A DNA stretch of 64,000 nt from Chrysomallon squamiferum (lineage: Eukaryota > Animalia > Mollusca), in assembly GCA_012295275.1 (NCBI GenBank), contig CM022665.1, positions 24,490,001 to 24,554,000 of the forward strand, read 5' to 3'. Positions within the stretch are counted from its first letter, which is position 1; every line of letters begins with the position of its first letter. Below, one piece after another: positions 42,101 to 55,860 of this stretch. The notes under the pieces were generated by a model, which saw nothing but the letters and a program-made list of their open reading frames with translations, searched no databases and was not told where the DNA came from. The position numbers and the translations under genes were made by a program.

Positions 42101-45100
42101 GAAAAAAATATATTTATTTTTCATTTTAACAAACAAGCAAACTGAATTGTAAATCGACACTAAACATTATTATAGCTTGCCAACATATTTATCTGAAAGT
42201 GCAGCAAAAAGCCACCCACTGAAGGAAAGAAACTAAACAAATTTGCTTGTTACAAAAAAGTATTTTGTCTTTGATGAAAATAAAATTTGAAACACTGAAT
42301 GAAAGACATAAATGAAAGGAATCACAGAAATTTAATTAAAATTAATTAAAACTGTCATATACAAACGTAAACAAAATAACAATAAATGAAAACAAATGTT
42401 TTGGTCAAATGAAATAGAATTTATTTGAAATGGGAAATAACTCACCCAGTAACTTTCCTTTAGGGTTGGCTAATATTCCAGATAAGAATAATAAAATAAT
42501 CGAAAATTTGCAAAATAATAGTTAAAAATCTGTCCAAACTTACTTCTGAAAGCAAATACCTTTTTATATTTAAAGCATTAATATGCTGAAATAATACCTA
42601 AAACAAAAATCTGTTTGTATAATTTGATATGCATACTTCAGTTAAAATATTTCATTTAGTTTAAAATAAGAAAATTATTAATAATAAAGCTCCGAATTTA
42701 ATATTTACTTTTGTTTGTTCTGTGAGACTATCAAGAGTTCCAGATGGTGCTGTCTGTCTCCCCTGGCTGGTACTGGGATCAGTTGCACTGGTAGCTGTTT
42801 GTTGCTGCTGTGCTTTGTTCAGTGTATTCACCATTAACTGCATCACAGTCTCATGTACACAGAGAGCTCGCATTAGATCAGGGTGCTGGAAAAACACTTT
42901 GTTGTCCATAGCATCTCTGGAAGAGAAATACTCTCAGTATATGAATATGGCAGAATTGATTTTAAAATTATTTTTGTTAAGTAAAATGTCAAGAAAAATT
43001 TAAAAAAAAACAAAAAAAACATATATCAGAAAAGGCTATTTTAAAAAGCTAAAAGTGTGTTTTAGTTGTCGGATTCCTTTTAACATGTAAACACTATTTT
43101 TAATAAAGAATGGGAGATCTGAAATTTTGAAAAGATTCTTTATTTATTTAATGACAATGGTTGTAAGTTAGTAAAACTGTATCCAGGGTAAACAATATCA
43201 AGGATCTCTGAAAAGCTTTACTCAAAACTCCATATTACCCAACATGCTAGTACCACATTTTTAATAACTTAACTGCACTACAAATGATACCCTTTTTATT
43301 CTAACTATTATGACTAGAAAGGATGATACTGTCTCAGAATGAAAGTTTATGTTTTACTTGAGACTTTTCTTCATGAGTTCTTCTTCATCTCTGTCTGCCT
43401 GGACCTCTAACAATGAGCGAATAACTCCCAAGTTTTTCAACAGAACATTGATGTCCTCTCGGCTCCTATTGCTGATAGCATAAGCCTTTTCTGTTGAAGT
43501 CAGCAGCTGTGAATAATAATAATAATTTTCAATTCAATTCAGCTCTTAGAAACAATATGTTATTATTATTATTATTACAGCAATGAAACAGTAACATTAC
43601 AGTAATACATTAAGAGAGAGAAAGGGAAAGAGAGAGATTTGCTTTAGTCATAAAACCATTAACCCTGTAATAGAATATATCAAATATAATAAAAAAAACT
43701 AATCTGATATGCACAAAACCAAATAACAGTTATCATTTTTTAAGACCTGTATTATGTTGAAGATGTAGTATATTATACTGAGTAATAAACGTTTATATTA
43801 AACCAGCCACATATATGTCTCTTATCATATTTATGAATTTTCATCTCCAAAAGAACTGAAATATATAAATTCTGAAGAGTCCTAAAACTGGACCAGATTC
43901 TAATCATTCTGCTGTCATTTCAAAATCAATTCAGAACTACTGAAAAGCACATCCCTTTATTTTATCTGTTGATGTCAAGAGTTTTGGCCAAGGAACTATT
44001 TATTTATCACTATTCTGTTGTCTCTGTAATTATTAGTCCTATGATAATGCATACCTCTCCAGTGCCATCATACTGTCTGTGCAGAAGACTAAACATCTCT
44101 CTGACAAGATCTTGATTGGTGATGAATGTTTCAACAGCCCATTTCACCATGGTGCCAGCTATCAGTATCTGGATGGAATCTGGAAGGATACCAACAAATT
44201 TGCATACAGGTCAAGGAAAAAAGATCCTTTCTATTTTAAAATATAGGATATGTATATACAGTAGCATATCATCTTTTGTCTTGCAGATTATAAATGCACT
44301 GATTGCATGATTTTTATATTCTAATCTTTCTCAAGCATATCATCTTTTGTCTTGCAGATTATAAATGCACTGATTGCATGATTTTTATATTCTAATCTTT
44401 CTCAAACTAATTAATTAATTAAAGAGTTCAGGTCATGATTCTCAGGTGAACACTGGAATTGGATAAATCTTAGTTATTTGGTGACTTAAGCTCAATTTCA
44501 GTTTTAATATATATATATATATCTGAATAAAATTTTAGAATCAATACTCTTGATTCAATTTCATAGAAAACATATCAGTATTTCATCTTGATTCAAGCTT
44601 GAAAGTTGAGAAGGAATAAATTAAATCTGATTTTTTATATGGATGGTGCCAGTATATGATGTCAATCTGAATTAACTTGAACAGTTTATATTAGTATTAT
44701 TATGTTTAAGTTAACATCTCACCATATACCACATCAGTTGATTTTTTTTTTTTTTTTTGGCATAATTTTAAACAACAAATAACTGCAATAAAGTAAAAAT
44801 GAAAATAATGAAAATAATGCTTATAATAATTTAATAAATGAATATTGTTAAATGTTTCCAAAAAATTGTTCAGCCAAATAATTTAATATCTGTTATTAAC
44901 ATTTACAGTATTCAGTACTCTCATTTAATTATACTTCAATGTATTTTATTTTCATTTCTTTTTTTCCATTTTTTTAATTTTTTTTTAACTAACCAGGTTT
45001 TTCAGTATTTTCTTCAGTTATCTCCTGCAGCATTTCTTGCTGTACCAGTCCAACAAGCTGCATTAACTTTTCTGTCAGACTTGGGGATTTGGGTACCTCA

Positions 45101-48100
45101 ATGACTGTTGTTACTTTTTTGTCAAGTTTCTCCAAGTTTGGCATGGCACTGTGTTGTAGGAGATCATTATGGAAGTTGTGCAGACATTCCTGAATTTCCT
45201 CAGCACATGGACTCGGTTCCTTTTGTTTGCTCTCATCTTCAGAGGGCTTGAATGCCAACAGGGTTTTCATCTGAAACAAATATTTTGTGAAACTAGTAAT
45301 GACAACCAAAAAGAGTAATAATGTCAAATACATGTCAAAATCATTTCTACGAAGTAAGTAACAATAATAATAATGTTGTTGTTACTTTTGTTATTATTAT
45401 AGTGGTTAATATTTAGGATTCTAATAGATTTAATATCAGTAATAACATTTTTTTTTAAAAAGGATGATTCCAGTAAAAAAACTCATTAAACTTTATGTTC
45501 AAAACATGTTTCTGATTATCACTTAAAAAATTATAATGTAAGCTATATTGATTTTGAAATTATTTATTTGAGATGCTAATTCAGATGATTTCTGCTACCA
45601 TTTTTAGTTTTAACAAAGAAATCTGTGTTTGACAAACCTGCTGACTGGCTGGACATCTGAATTCTCTTGTTTTTCTTGCTGTCACAGATGAAGGAAGGTC
45701 AGCCTGCTTGATTTCATTGTATCTTCGAAGTTGATCCTTAAAACCAATAAAAAATATGCAAACATTCTGTGTTTAAGTACAGAAATTTAACTTCATGAAA
45801 CTAAAGGTTTTTTGAAATTAACTAAATGTTTTAAACTAAAGTAGAATATGCTAGTTTTTATCTGAATCCAGTCAGAAAAATTAAGTCAAAAAACGTTTTA
45901 TCAATCCTTTTGAATTTCAAAAGTTATAGTTGCTATTACAAACTGGAATTGATAAAAATTTTTTTTAAAAGGGAGCACTACCATTGTGAATGTGATTTTG
46001 AAGATATAATTAATTTTATTCTAATAGAGTGCTATCATCCACAGATCTTTATGAAGAAGTAAATAATAGTGATATCTCTTAACTTATTAGATTTTAAAAA
46101 TAAAATACAAGTAATTTAATGTAACATACACTCTGAAGGTTTGAGACGAATCCATCCGAAAATGCTATGATGGATTCCACTCGGTGTCGCAGCTGAACAT
46201 CACAGAAGTGTTGTAAGATGCGACAAACCTAGTAATACAAATAGAAATTAATTAAGTAAATATTATACTGATTAGCCATAAAATTATAAATGTAATTTAA
46301 TAAAACAAATAATAATTGAGATATCATAAATATTATCCTAGTGAATAAAGTGCAGTAAAATTATAAATGCAATTTAAAATAAAATGTTTTTTATTTATTT
46401 TGATGAGCTTATTTAAATATAGAGAAATTTAAAAAAAAATTATTTAAATTTTTAATAAGGAAAAAAAATTCTAAAACAATTTTGTTAAAACAAAATAACA
46501 GTGATCTGATTATTATTTCTCACTGATAAATTACCTCCAGTTTGACAGCTTCTGACAGTTTCATATTCAAAAGTCCTTGACCATTGATATCTAAAATAAA
46601 TTATCAAAGATCACTTTAAGATATTTTTTATTTACTGAATAGATATTCAAAAACAAACAAATAAATAAATAATACATAAATAAATAAATAAATGAACAAA
46701 CAACCTTGTTTAACCAAGCTATATAAAATGTTCAAACTAAAAATGTGATAAAATAATGGAATATATTTATTAAATGTAAAATATACTGAGTACATACTGT
46801 GAATTTTCTTCTCGTCGAAAACAGCAGGTTCAAGGAGACACAAAAGCTGATGTAGATCCTCGTCATCCAACAACCCCATAACCAACAACTGATCAACAAC
46901 TTTCAAAAGTGGGCTGAAAAAAACAAAAAAACAAAAGAAAATAATTATAAGAACAAAAACAAAAATAATAATAATAAAAATAGATAAAATTGATTAAAAT
47001 CATCACCAAACAGAATCAGACTTTAAAAAGACAGGTAATTAAAAAAATTATCTAACTTGTAAAAGATTTCTGTCATAATGCCTACAAATAAACAAATATA
47101 TTAAAAAATATTTGCCATAGAAATAAAACTTGTCAAATGATTTCAACCATAATGTCTGCCTATTAAAACAATTATACATAATTTTCTTAAATATCTAATA
47201 TTACCTCAGATTAAATGTAAAAGGATGTCAAAATCAAAACTGCACTGCATCCATGAATTTATTTAAGTGTGAAAAAGGTTTTTAAATTGAATGTATAATA
47301 TAATGAAAACTGAAAATTAAATTGTATTCAGTGACTTAATTATCTAGAGTAATATTCATTAAACTAATGTAAACAAAAAACAAAAACAAAAAACAAAAAC
47401 AAAACATTTTAAACAGTAAAATATTCATTATATTTTATTTTATTTAACTGAACTAATATAAATTAATAACCACTCATTTTATTTAATTATTTTATTTTAT
47501 TTTAATTTGAAGGAGAGCAAAGATTAAAAGAAAGATTTTTAAAAAGTATATCACAACTCACACAAAAAGGTTTGCATTGCTGCCTCCTATAGGATCTCTG
47601 ATGTGAGCAGCTCCTTTTTCCACTGCAGCTGTCAAAGCCTGCATGACAAAGGATTTCAGTTTGTTCACTGGGAAGTAAGGAGCTGTGCAGAACTTACCAT
47701 CCTTGGCAATTCTGAAATTACAAATGATTTGTTTGTGTCAATATCATATTAAATTACTGTAATTAATTTTAGCTCACATGATCTTTCGTTCAACAGATTT
47801 TATTAAAAATATATTATTATTGTTTTTTCTGCTGTCATTATTTTTATTATGTTCGATGTTTTTTCTCACTGTAGTTTTAGTGGAATATAAAGAATAAATG
47901 AATGTGGAAGTCATTACCTGGCTTCAATTTGTTTTTCAGTGACAGCTAACTGTGGTCTGATTGACACACTGTCCTCCATGTTGGGAATCTGATGTTTCAC
48001 ACCGTACTTGTCAGACTGTGGACTTCTCTTCCGATACAGACTAAGATTCTTTGTGTCTGGTGTCAGAGGGATGATGTACTCATACTGAGTCAGCATTCTG

Positions 48101-51100
48101 TGCACATACAAAAAGGTAAAATAACAGAATTGGAATGAAAACATTTTATAAAAGATAAAGGTATAGAGTTTAATTAATAATAATTATAATCGTACATTTA
48201 ATTTCTATGTCATAAGTTAGACATAAAGATTATAAATAATAAGCAATAAGGAATAAGCATCTACAGAAGGAAAACAGATAAAAATCTTCCGCTATCATGA
48301 TTCTATAATTTAAAAATAAACATTAATCTTTAAATGTACATTAAAATGTATTTTTTTTTTAATTTAGTTAACAAATTCTTAGTTTATTTATCTTAAGATA
48401 ATATATATATAAAAATATATATATATATATATTTTTATAATTAAAAAAAAAAATTTAAAAATAATGTGAGTAAAACAAACACAAACCTTGCCCTACTGTG
48501 AGATGCAAGATGCATGGAAATCAGCAGATCGTGAAATGCACGTCGGAGAGGTCCTGATAAATCTAAAATAAATAACAAATCATTTTAAAATATATAATAA
48601 TTAAAATGTAAGAATCTAATCAGTTTTAAATATGGTTATTAGTTTGTTTTTTTTTTGTTTTTTTTTGAAAAATTAGGTATCTTGCTGTTATTTTGAAAAA
48701 TGATTTAGGAAATATTTTTAAAATTTTATTTTCAGGAAAAACTAAAATTATTTTAAAAAGCGTATTATTATTCTTAACATAATAAATTAAAGCAATATAC
48801 ATACGTATATTTAAAATAAATAAAAAAGCAATTAACATTTTAATCTTATACAAGGATCTCCAAAATTTATTCTTTTAATGTCTTGCAATTCCAAATGTCC
48901 CTGGGTGAATGTCTTTTGTTTTCTTATTTTTTCTTGTTTCTTGAAATTTTAAGACTTTTTTAAAACTTAATCAGTATTAAACTGAAACTAAGTGTCTAAC
49001 TCACATTCACTCTGTATGCAGTACATCAACTGTTTTTCATCAACATGCTGTACCAAGGCATTGGCCACTTTGTGGTTACCATGTGAACAAACTGCCATAT
49101 ACAGTTCAAGAGTTTTTGCATGAAAACTGAAAAGATTAATAATAAAAGCATATTATTTTCCAGAAACAATAATAAAATTGTTTTAAATTGGTTTTATGGT
49201 GTTTGATGTTAGTGAAATGTATACATTTATTTAAATTTAAATTATATAGTTTATAAATTGACTAAATGGAAAACATACTCAAGCAGTTTTTCATGTTCTG
49301 TAAGCTCCAAAATATCCAGGCATCGATCATACTCAGGAATATGTACAGCCATCATTGGAACTGTAAAATATTAAATACGAAACAAGATCTTTTATATATT
49401 TTCTGTTTCTTTTAATGTTTTTTTTTTTTTTCATATATACACTGCACAATGGCTATGACATTTTTTTGTATGAAAATATAAAAAGTACTTGTAATTAAAG
49501 ATTATTTAAATTAAATATTGATGGAAGAACATTACTGAAGAAAAAAAAAAATCCATAAAACTTAAATCAATAAAAATATTATTTAAAAAAAAAAAAAAAA
49601 ATCAAAACAAATCATCCATTATAATGAAATAATTATAAAAGTAAATAATCTTCCACTACATTTTACTTTACCTGGATTTTCACAAAGCATACTCCAGCCT
49701 CTGATATCTGACAGTTTCAATGTGTTGACATGAAGAGTGATGTTGGGGACTCGAGCCCAGTTGCTTGTACACAGAACTTGTACATCCAAACGAGGAGGAC
49801 ACATGGGAATTATGGATTTTGGCCCTCGGAATACAGCAGCAGACAAGGGCAGAGAAGTCTGAAAATTTGTATCCTCTTATTACATATCAAACTAGTTAAT
49901 TATAAATATACTGTTTAGATACTAATGACATGTACAAAATTAATATTTGGTTTTTACTTTAGTAATATTATCTATTATTGAAATTTATCATTAAATTATT
50001 GAAAATATTATTCAAGTGATTTTTTTTTATTTATAATTCAACAACATTATAACAGATTTCCTCATAATTTTGTTATTTGAATTCAGCAAGATAACAGTAG
50101 ATTTCAAAGTTATATTCTCACTGTAATATATATTAACTAAAATAGAAAGATAATTGTATAACAAAAATAAATAATGTCTCTGTTACCAATATAATAAATA
50201 CTTAACATGACTTAATTTATTCAACAGATTAATAAGTGGTTACATGCCTTTGTACTTCCAAGCTCAAACTGAAACATTTCTTTAATAGTTGGTTCACAGA
50301 TGACAGCTGGGAATAACTTTGTTCCTGGTTCAACCTGGTATTTGTTGGCCACTTCTTTCCCATTGACAGTGAAGCTGAGAACACCAGTCCCAGCATCAAT
50401 GAAACATCCAATAGCAAGTCCTGGTGAGGCTCTCTTGGAGCCAACTTCTTGACTTGAATCAGCATAGCGCTGCTGAAGATCTCCAGCAGAGACCATGTAA
50501 CAGTTCTTCCTGCTAACACTGGACTTGAGCTTGTAGTCCATGTCAAGGGTGGAGACAACAACATGTCTGATTTTCTTTGTGTCAAAAGCAGAGTCATGAA
50601 AATGAAAGCTGGGAGTGACCCAGCCCACAAACACCTGAGATGGATCTTGACCAGGGAAGATCCTCACAGCAAAATGGTATTCATAAATCTGCTCTGCTAA
50701 AGCATTCAACTCATTAAGCTCTTCAGACTGTCCATTATCTGATCCTTCACTGAAATCTCGGTTCAGGTGTCTTCCACCCAGAGGATCTTGGAATTCCAAA
50801 GGAAAGAAGTCCTGTTCTAGGTCAGCAAGTCCACTAGCAGATCCACTGTCCATTTCAGATTCAGGCAAGCGAACAGTTGGTAACTGTTGATCCTTTTTGG
50901 AAAATCCTTTGTCATGACCTTTTTTATCCTTTGGGCTAACCTTCCTGTCCAGACTAGAGTACTCTGTTGACCTTGTTCTTGTTGCCAATGTATTATTTGG
51001 TGATGGATCACGTGATTTTGACTTTCGGAATATTGATGAAAATGAAGATTTTGCCTTTTTCTGGTTCTGTTTGTCAGTAACCATCTTTGCAGTGTCCATT

Positions 51101-54100
51101 ATTTTGTCTGCAAGGAGAGACATCTTTGAGGATGTTCTCTTGCTTGTATTAGGAGGTGCTAAGAAGGAATCAGCAACTTCATTAAGTTTAGACTCACTAG
51201 CAGCAGCTTTTAGCGTAGTAGATGACCTGTCACTAACAACACTAGAGTCATCTAGAGAATGTCCTTTACCAGACTTCATTGCCTGTTTAAAGTTTTTCCT
51301 TCTGTCCACAGCATTAATCTGGTCATCTGTTAGTCCACGATGAAGTGCTACAATCAGAAATATCAATAAAATTTGCTTTTTCCAGTAACCGCTGCAAACT
51401 TGATTAATTTTGATGATTAATATGTAAAGAATAACTATGTGGATTTTTTTAAAATTCATCTATAAACACCATAAATACTTAATGTTATTAAAATCCATTC
51501 TGTGCCAAATGTTACATTTTGTTACAAAATAAAATCTTCTTATCTCAGTACTATTCTTGGGAAGATAATGAATTTCTTAAAAAATAAAATGAATTGTTTT
51601 TAAAAATTGTGAGACCAGAAAAAAGAACTGGTTACTTTTTCTGAGAGTAAGATCAGGTCCTCCATTGACAAGATTGTCTGTGGAGTCTCCAGCATAGTCA
51701 TCCTCATCTGCAATCAAGGTAAAAACTATACTTAAAATTTAACTTGAAATACAGCTTTGTATAATTATATATTAAAGCTTTTACCAAAAAATGTAAAATA
51801 AAAACTTATAAAAATTATTTTCTACTTTATTTTTATTTTTACAAAATTTAATATGCTTTTTCAAAAATTAGTAACTGATTATATTGTTTGAAAAAACTAC
51901 TAACAATGTAAATTAAGATTTAATGCAAGTTATAAAAACTTAAAATAAAAAAGAAATTTTATATTTGTGACTTTATAAGATTAATAACCATCATTATTAA
52001 CACAAATTATCATTTTTTTAAATAAATATAAAATTGTTTCTTATTTAATATTTTCAATGTAATAAATAACTGTTGCTGAATAAATTAAAAGCATTAATGT
52101 CAACTAAAAACAAACGTTAAAAATAAAAAATCTATGTTACAGTTATTCCATGCTATTAATTCATACTAACTTCAATGGTTAATGGTTACAAAAATATATA
52201 TATATATAAATGTTGTTGATGGAAAAACAATGTTGTCATGCACTCACTGTCTTCAGGGATGGCATCTTCAATTATTTTATCTGGCAGATGATTGGGAAGA
52301 AGTCGTTCATCGTGCAACTTCTCTAGAAAACCTTTCTCACAGTTCTGATCAATCAGCATTCGCAAACTGTCTGTATGTATGTAAACATGCAAATAACATG
52401 CAAACAGATGATGGTTAATGTTTATTTTGTACACTCAATGCAGTTAATGATAAAAAATGAAAATGTATTTAATTAATATACGTATTGCAGATAAATAAAT
52501 ATCTGGACAAAATGGTAATGCTATATTGTTATTTTGTATCAGTAAATGAATCATGTGAAATTAGTATATTTTATGAAATTATGTTTGTAATCATGTGAAT
52601 AAACAAATAAAATAATTGATGAATTCTGGTAAATAAATAGATTAAACTTGATTATTACATACCAAAGTTCTTTTATCATGTGTGTAGTCACAAAAAGAAA
52701 ACAACAATCTTTACAAAACAAAGGGGAAGAACAATAACAACAATTGCAAGGTTTGGAGTAAAATTTACATCACTATTTAATTTTAATGTTTTGTTTCTTT
52801 CTATTATTCTTTTTTTTTTAAATCAAAGACTTCATAACTGATGCCACATCCATCTCTGAAAAGATTTAGATGACAAATATTATTATATATATATATATAT
52901 ATATAAAATAATAGATTGTCATCATTAACTTAGAGTTTTCAATTAATATAAAATTTTATATTTGACAAATTTATGAAAAATGTTTGCATTTGTGACATTC
53001 AAAAGCTGGTTAAAATTTTTACTTGTTTATATTAATGGGTAAGGTTAGAAAACAAAACAGTTAACAAGGGTAAGATCATGCAGGTTAGTAAATAAGCCAT
53101 ATATGAATATGCAAAACTTTATTAAAAACAGATCCATTAAACAGAGCCAAAATATTTTCATTTTTAAAATTAAAGTATGAAACCTATAAAGTTTGATATT
53201 TACTTAGGGGAGCCTAAATAAGCCTACATCTTTTTTCACAAATGTTCAAAACCATTGCCTTTGTTATTTGCCTTAAAACCTTCCACTTAATTTTAGAGAT
53301 CGGTTTTGTCCAAAATATAATTTTTTTTATTTCCCACCCATATTGTTTCTGACAAAGATTTTCCCATATAAATACTAAAGTTTATTTTTCTCCCATATAC
53401 TGTGTAATAAAGCATTTCCTCAGTCTATTTCCCTTTCAATTTTTGATGACCAAAACATTCCCTAAAATAATTTATTTACCAGCCACAATCTTTATGAAAA
53501 TATGTTCCCCCAGAAAAACTGATCTCCATTTCCCATTCAGATACTTTATGATAAATGTTTTTTCCCAAATCATTAACCTTTATTTCCACTCTTCATCCAT
53601 TAATGACAAAGATGTTCCCAAAATCTTTTACCTTTTCATCCCCTTTTAATCATAGATAACAAAGATACTTCTTTAAAAATTTAACTTTTATTTTCCACCC
53701 CTTTTCTACAAGATGATTTGGCTGATGCGACTACATGTTAATAACACACCTCGGCCAAGTTTGTTAGCATGTTCATTGGATGTGTCACTAGTGTTAGCAT
53801 CACTAGTTGTACATGCATCACTGTTATTCTCCTGGCTGGAGAGTGTGCTCGTCCCACCTGTTTGTTCTTCTTCATCAATGTCAGCATCATGTCTTCTCAG
53901 TGATTCCAGATTCAGGCGTTTTTCTAGAACTGACTGCGTGATGTTCCGATCTCTGAAAATAAAGAAAGAACATTGGTTTTAACGTCAACTTTTTTGTGTA
54001 ATTTTTATATATATTTTTTTAAAGTTTAAATAAACTGAGAATTGTATTTGTGATATATTTAATTTATTACTATTTGCATTCATATTTTTTTACATTATGT

Positions 54101-55800
54101 TAATTTCACAAAATTTCAAATTAATGATAAAAATTAAAGAAAATGATAAGCAATTAATTTGAAAGTTTTACTGTTTGAACTCAGTTCTATTATTTTAATA
54201 ACTGAATTTGACAAAAAGGATTAAAAAGGGCAAAAAATACCCATCAAAAGAAAATTTATAAAAAAAAACATAACAATAATAAAAAGAAGAAATATAAATT
54301 AAACTAACGCAAAATTTATTAAGTGTTTTGGTTATTTTAACTTTGGTGCATTTTTTCTTAGTGGAGGTTTATTTATTTTCTTCATCTGATTTTTTTTTCG
54401 ATAAATTTCATTGATGTTTACCTTTGCACAAACTCATCTCTACATTTCACAGGAAGACTCAGTCTGACATACTCGAGATATGACTTTTCCAGAGTTCCAA
54501 ATGTTTTTGATGAAACTTTTAGACTTGGTTTCAAGTTTGAGCTGAAATAATGTAAATCGAAAATTAATTAACTCAGTTTTCTCATTTAAATCATTTAATG
54601 AGCAAAAATAAAATTAATTAGAGATAATAATAATTTATAAATTTATAAAATAAATAAATAAATAAACAAACAAGCAAATAAATAAATAAATAAATAAAAT
54701 GCAGAGATAATAATAATGAGACTGTTTAAAATAAATTCATTACTTTATTTACATTACTATTTTAAACATTCTGCATGTTACATCAGAATTAATTATTTTA
54801 CTTTATTTTATTTCAACAATAGATCTATAACATTCAAAATCAGTAGTTTTGACAAATAATTAAAACTGGAAAAATAATTACAAAATTACATATACCCATT
54901 TATAAATTTAGATAAAAACATTTATTAATTTATTAAATTTTATTTTTTATTAAACCTAATATTATGTTAGAATTCAGGTATATCAGTGATAAATTAAATT
55001 TCATTCAAAACCACATGGCAAAATATAGGTTTTGTTGGAAGTGAGTTAAAACATATAAATAAAAATATATTTTACCCTCCTGGTATCCTGGTGACATCCA
55101 ACTGAGCATGTGTACATGAAATTGGCTGGAACCAGGACTGATCCTTCGAATACCACAGTGTCATCTGTTTTGTCATGTTGCTGGAAAAAAAATAATAATA
55201 ATAAAAAATAATTTTAAGCTGTACAAATATTTCCCTCCATTTTTTTTTTTTTTTGGTTTTGAATACCTCAAAAAAGAGTGAGCACTCAAGAGAGATGATA
55301 TGTTTTTTGACTGAAAATATCTATTTTGTTGTTTTTATATATTAAACTTATTCATTTCATCAGTCAAGGCAGAAAAGCATATAAACTCTTTGTTTAAACA
55401 ATAACAAATTAAATTTGAAAATCTAAAGATCAAGTTAAAACAATAATTCATTATTATTTATATTTTATACATTTTCCTTAAATAATAGAATTATTAACAA
55501 ATTTTTACTCCAAGAAAACTGGAGAAATTTATTTGATTATATCCAAATATACATCCAGAAATTTAGAAACAGTATTTCTAGTGATGTAAAATCTTGATTG
55601 TGTTCCAATAATTTACCTGTACAATAGATTAATGCACTGCAGATTTTAATAATTATTATAATAGTAAAAGTAATTAATATATAATAAAATAAATTAATAA
55701 AATACTTACACACAGAAAGGTTCATAACCTTCTTGTAGACCACAGCATGTGAAATATTTGAGAGTATTTACATCCTAAAATAAATTTTAATGATTTCATG

Positions 55801-55860
<60 letters not shown>

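Noticed and set aside
50229-51343. Overlapping ORFs of 133 aa (-), 64 aa (-) and 90 aa (+) inside the large exon, and other plus-strand ORFs over exons
   Set aside because: Alternative-frame or antisense shadows of GC-richer coding sequence with no independent features
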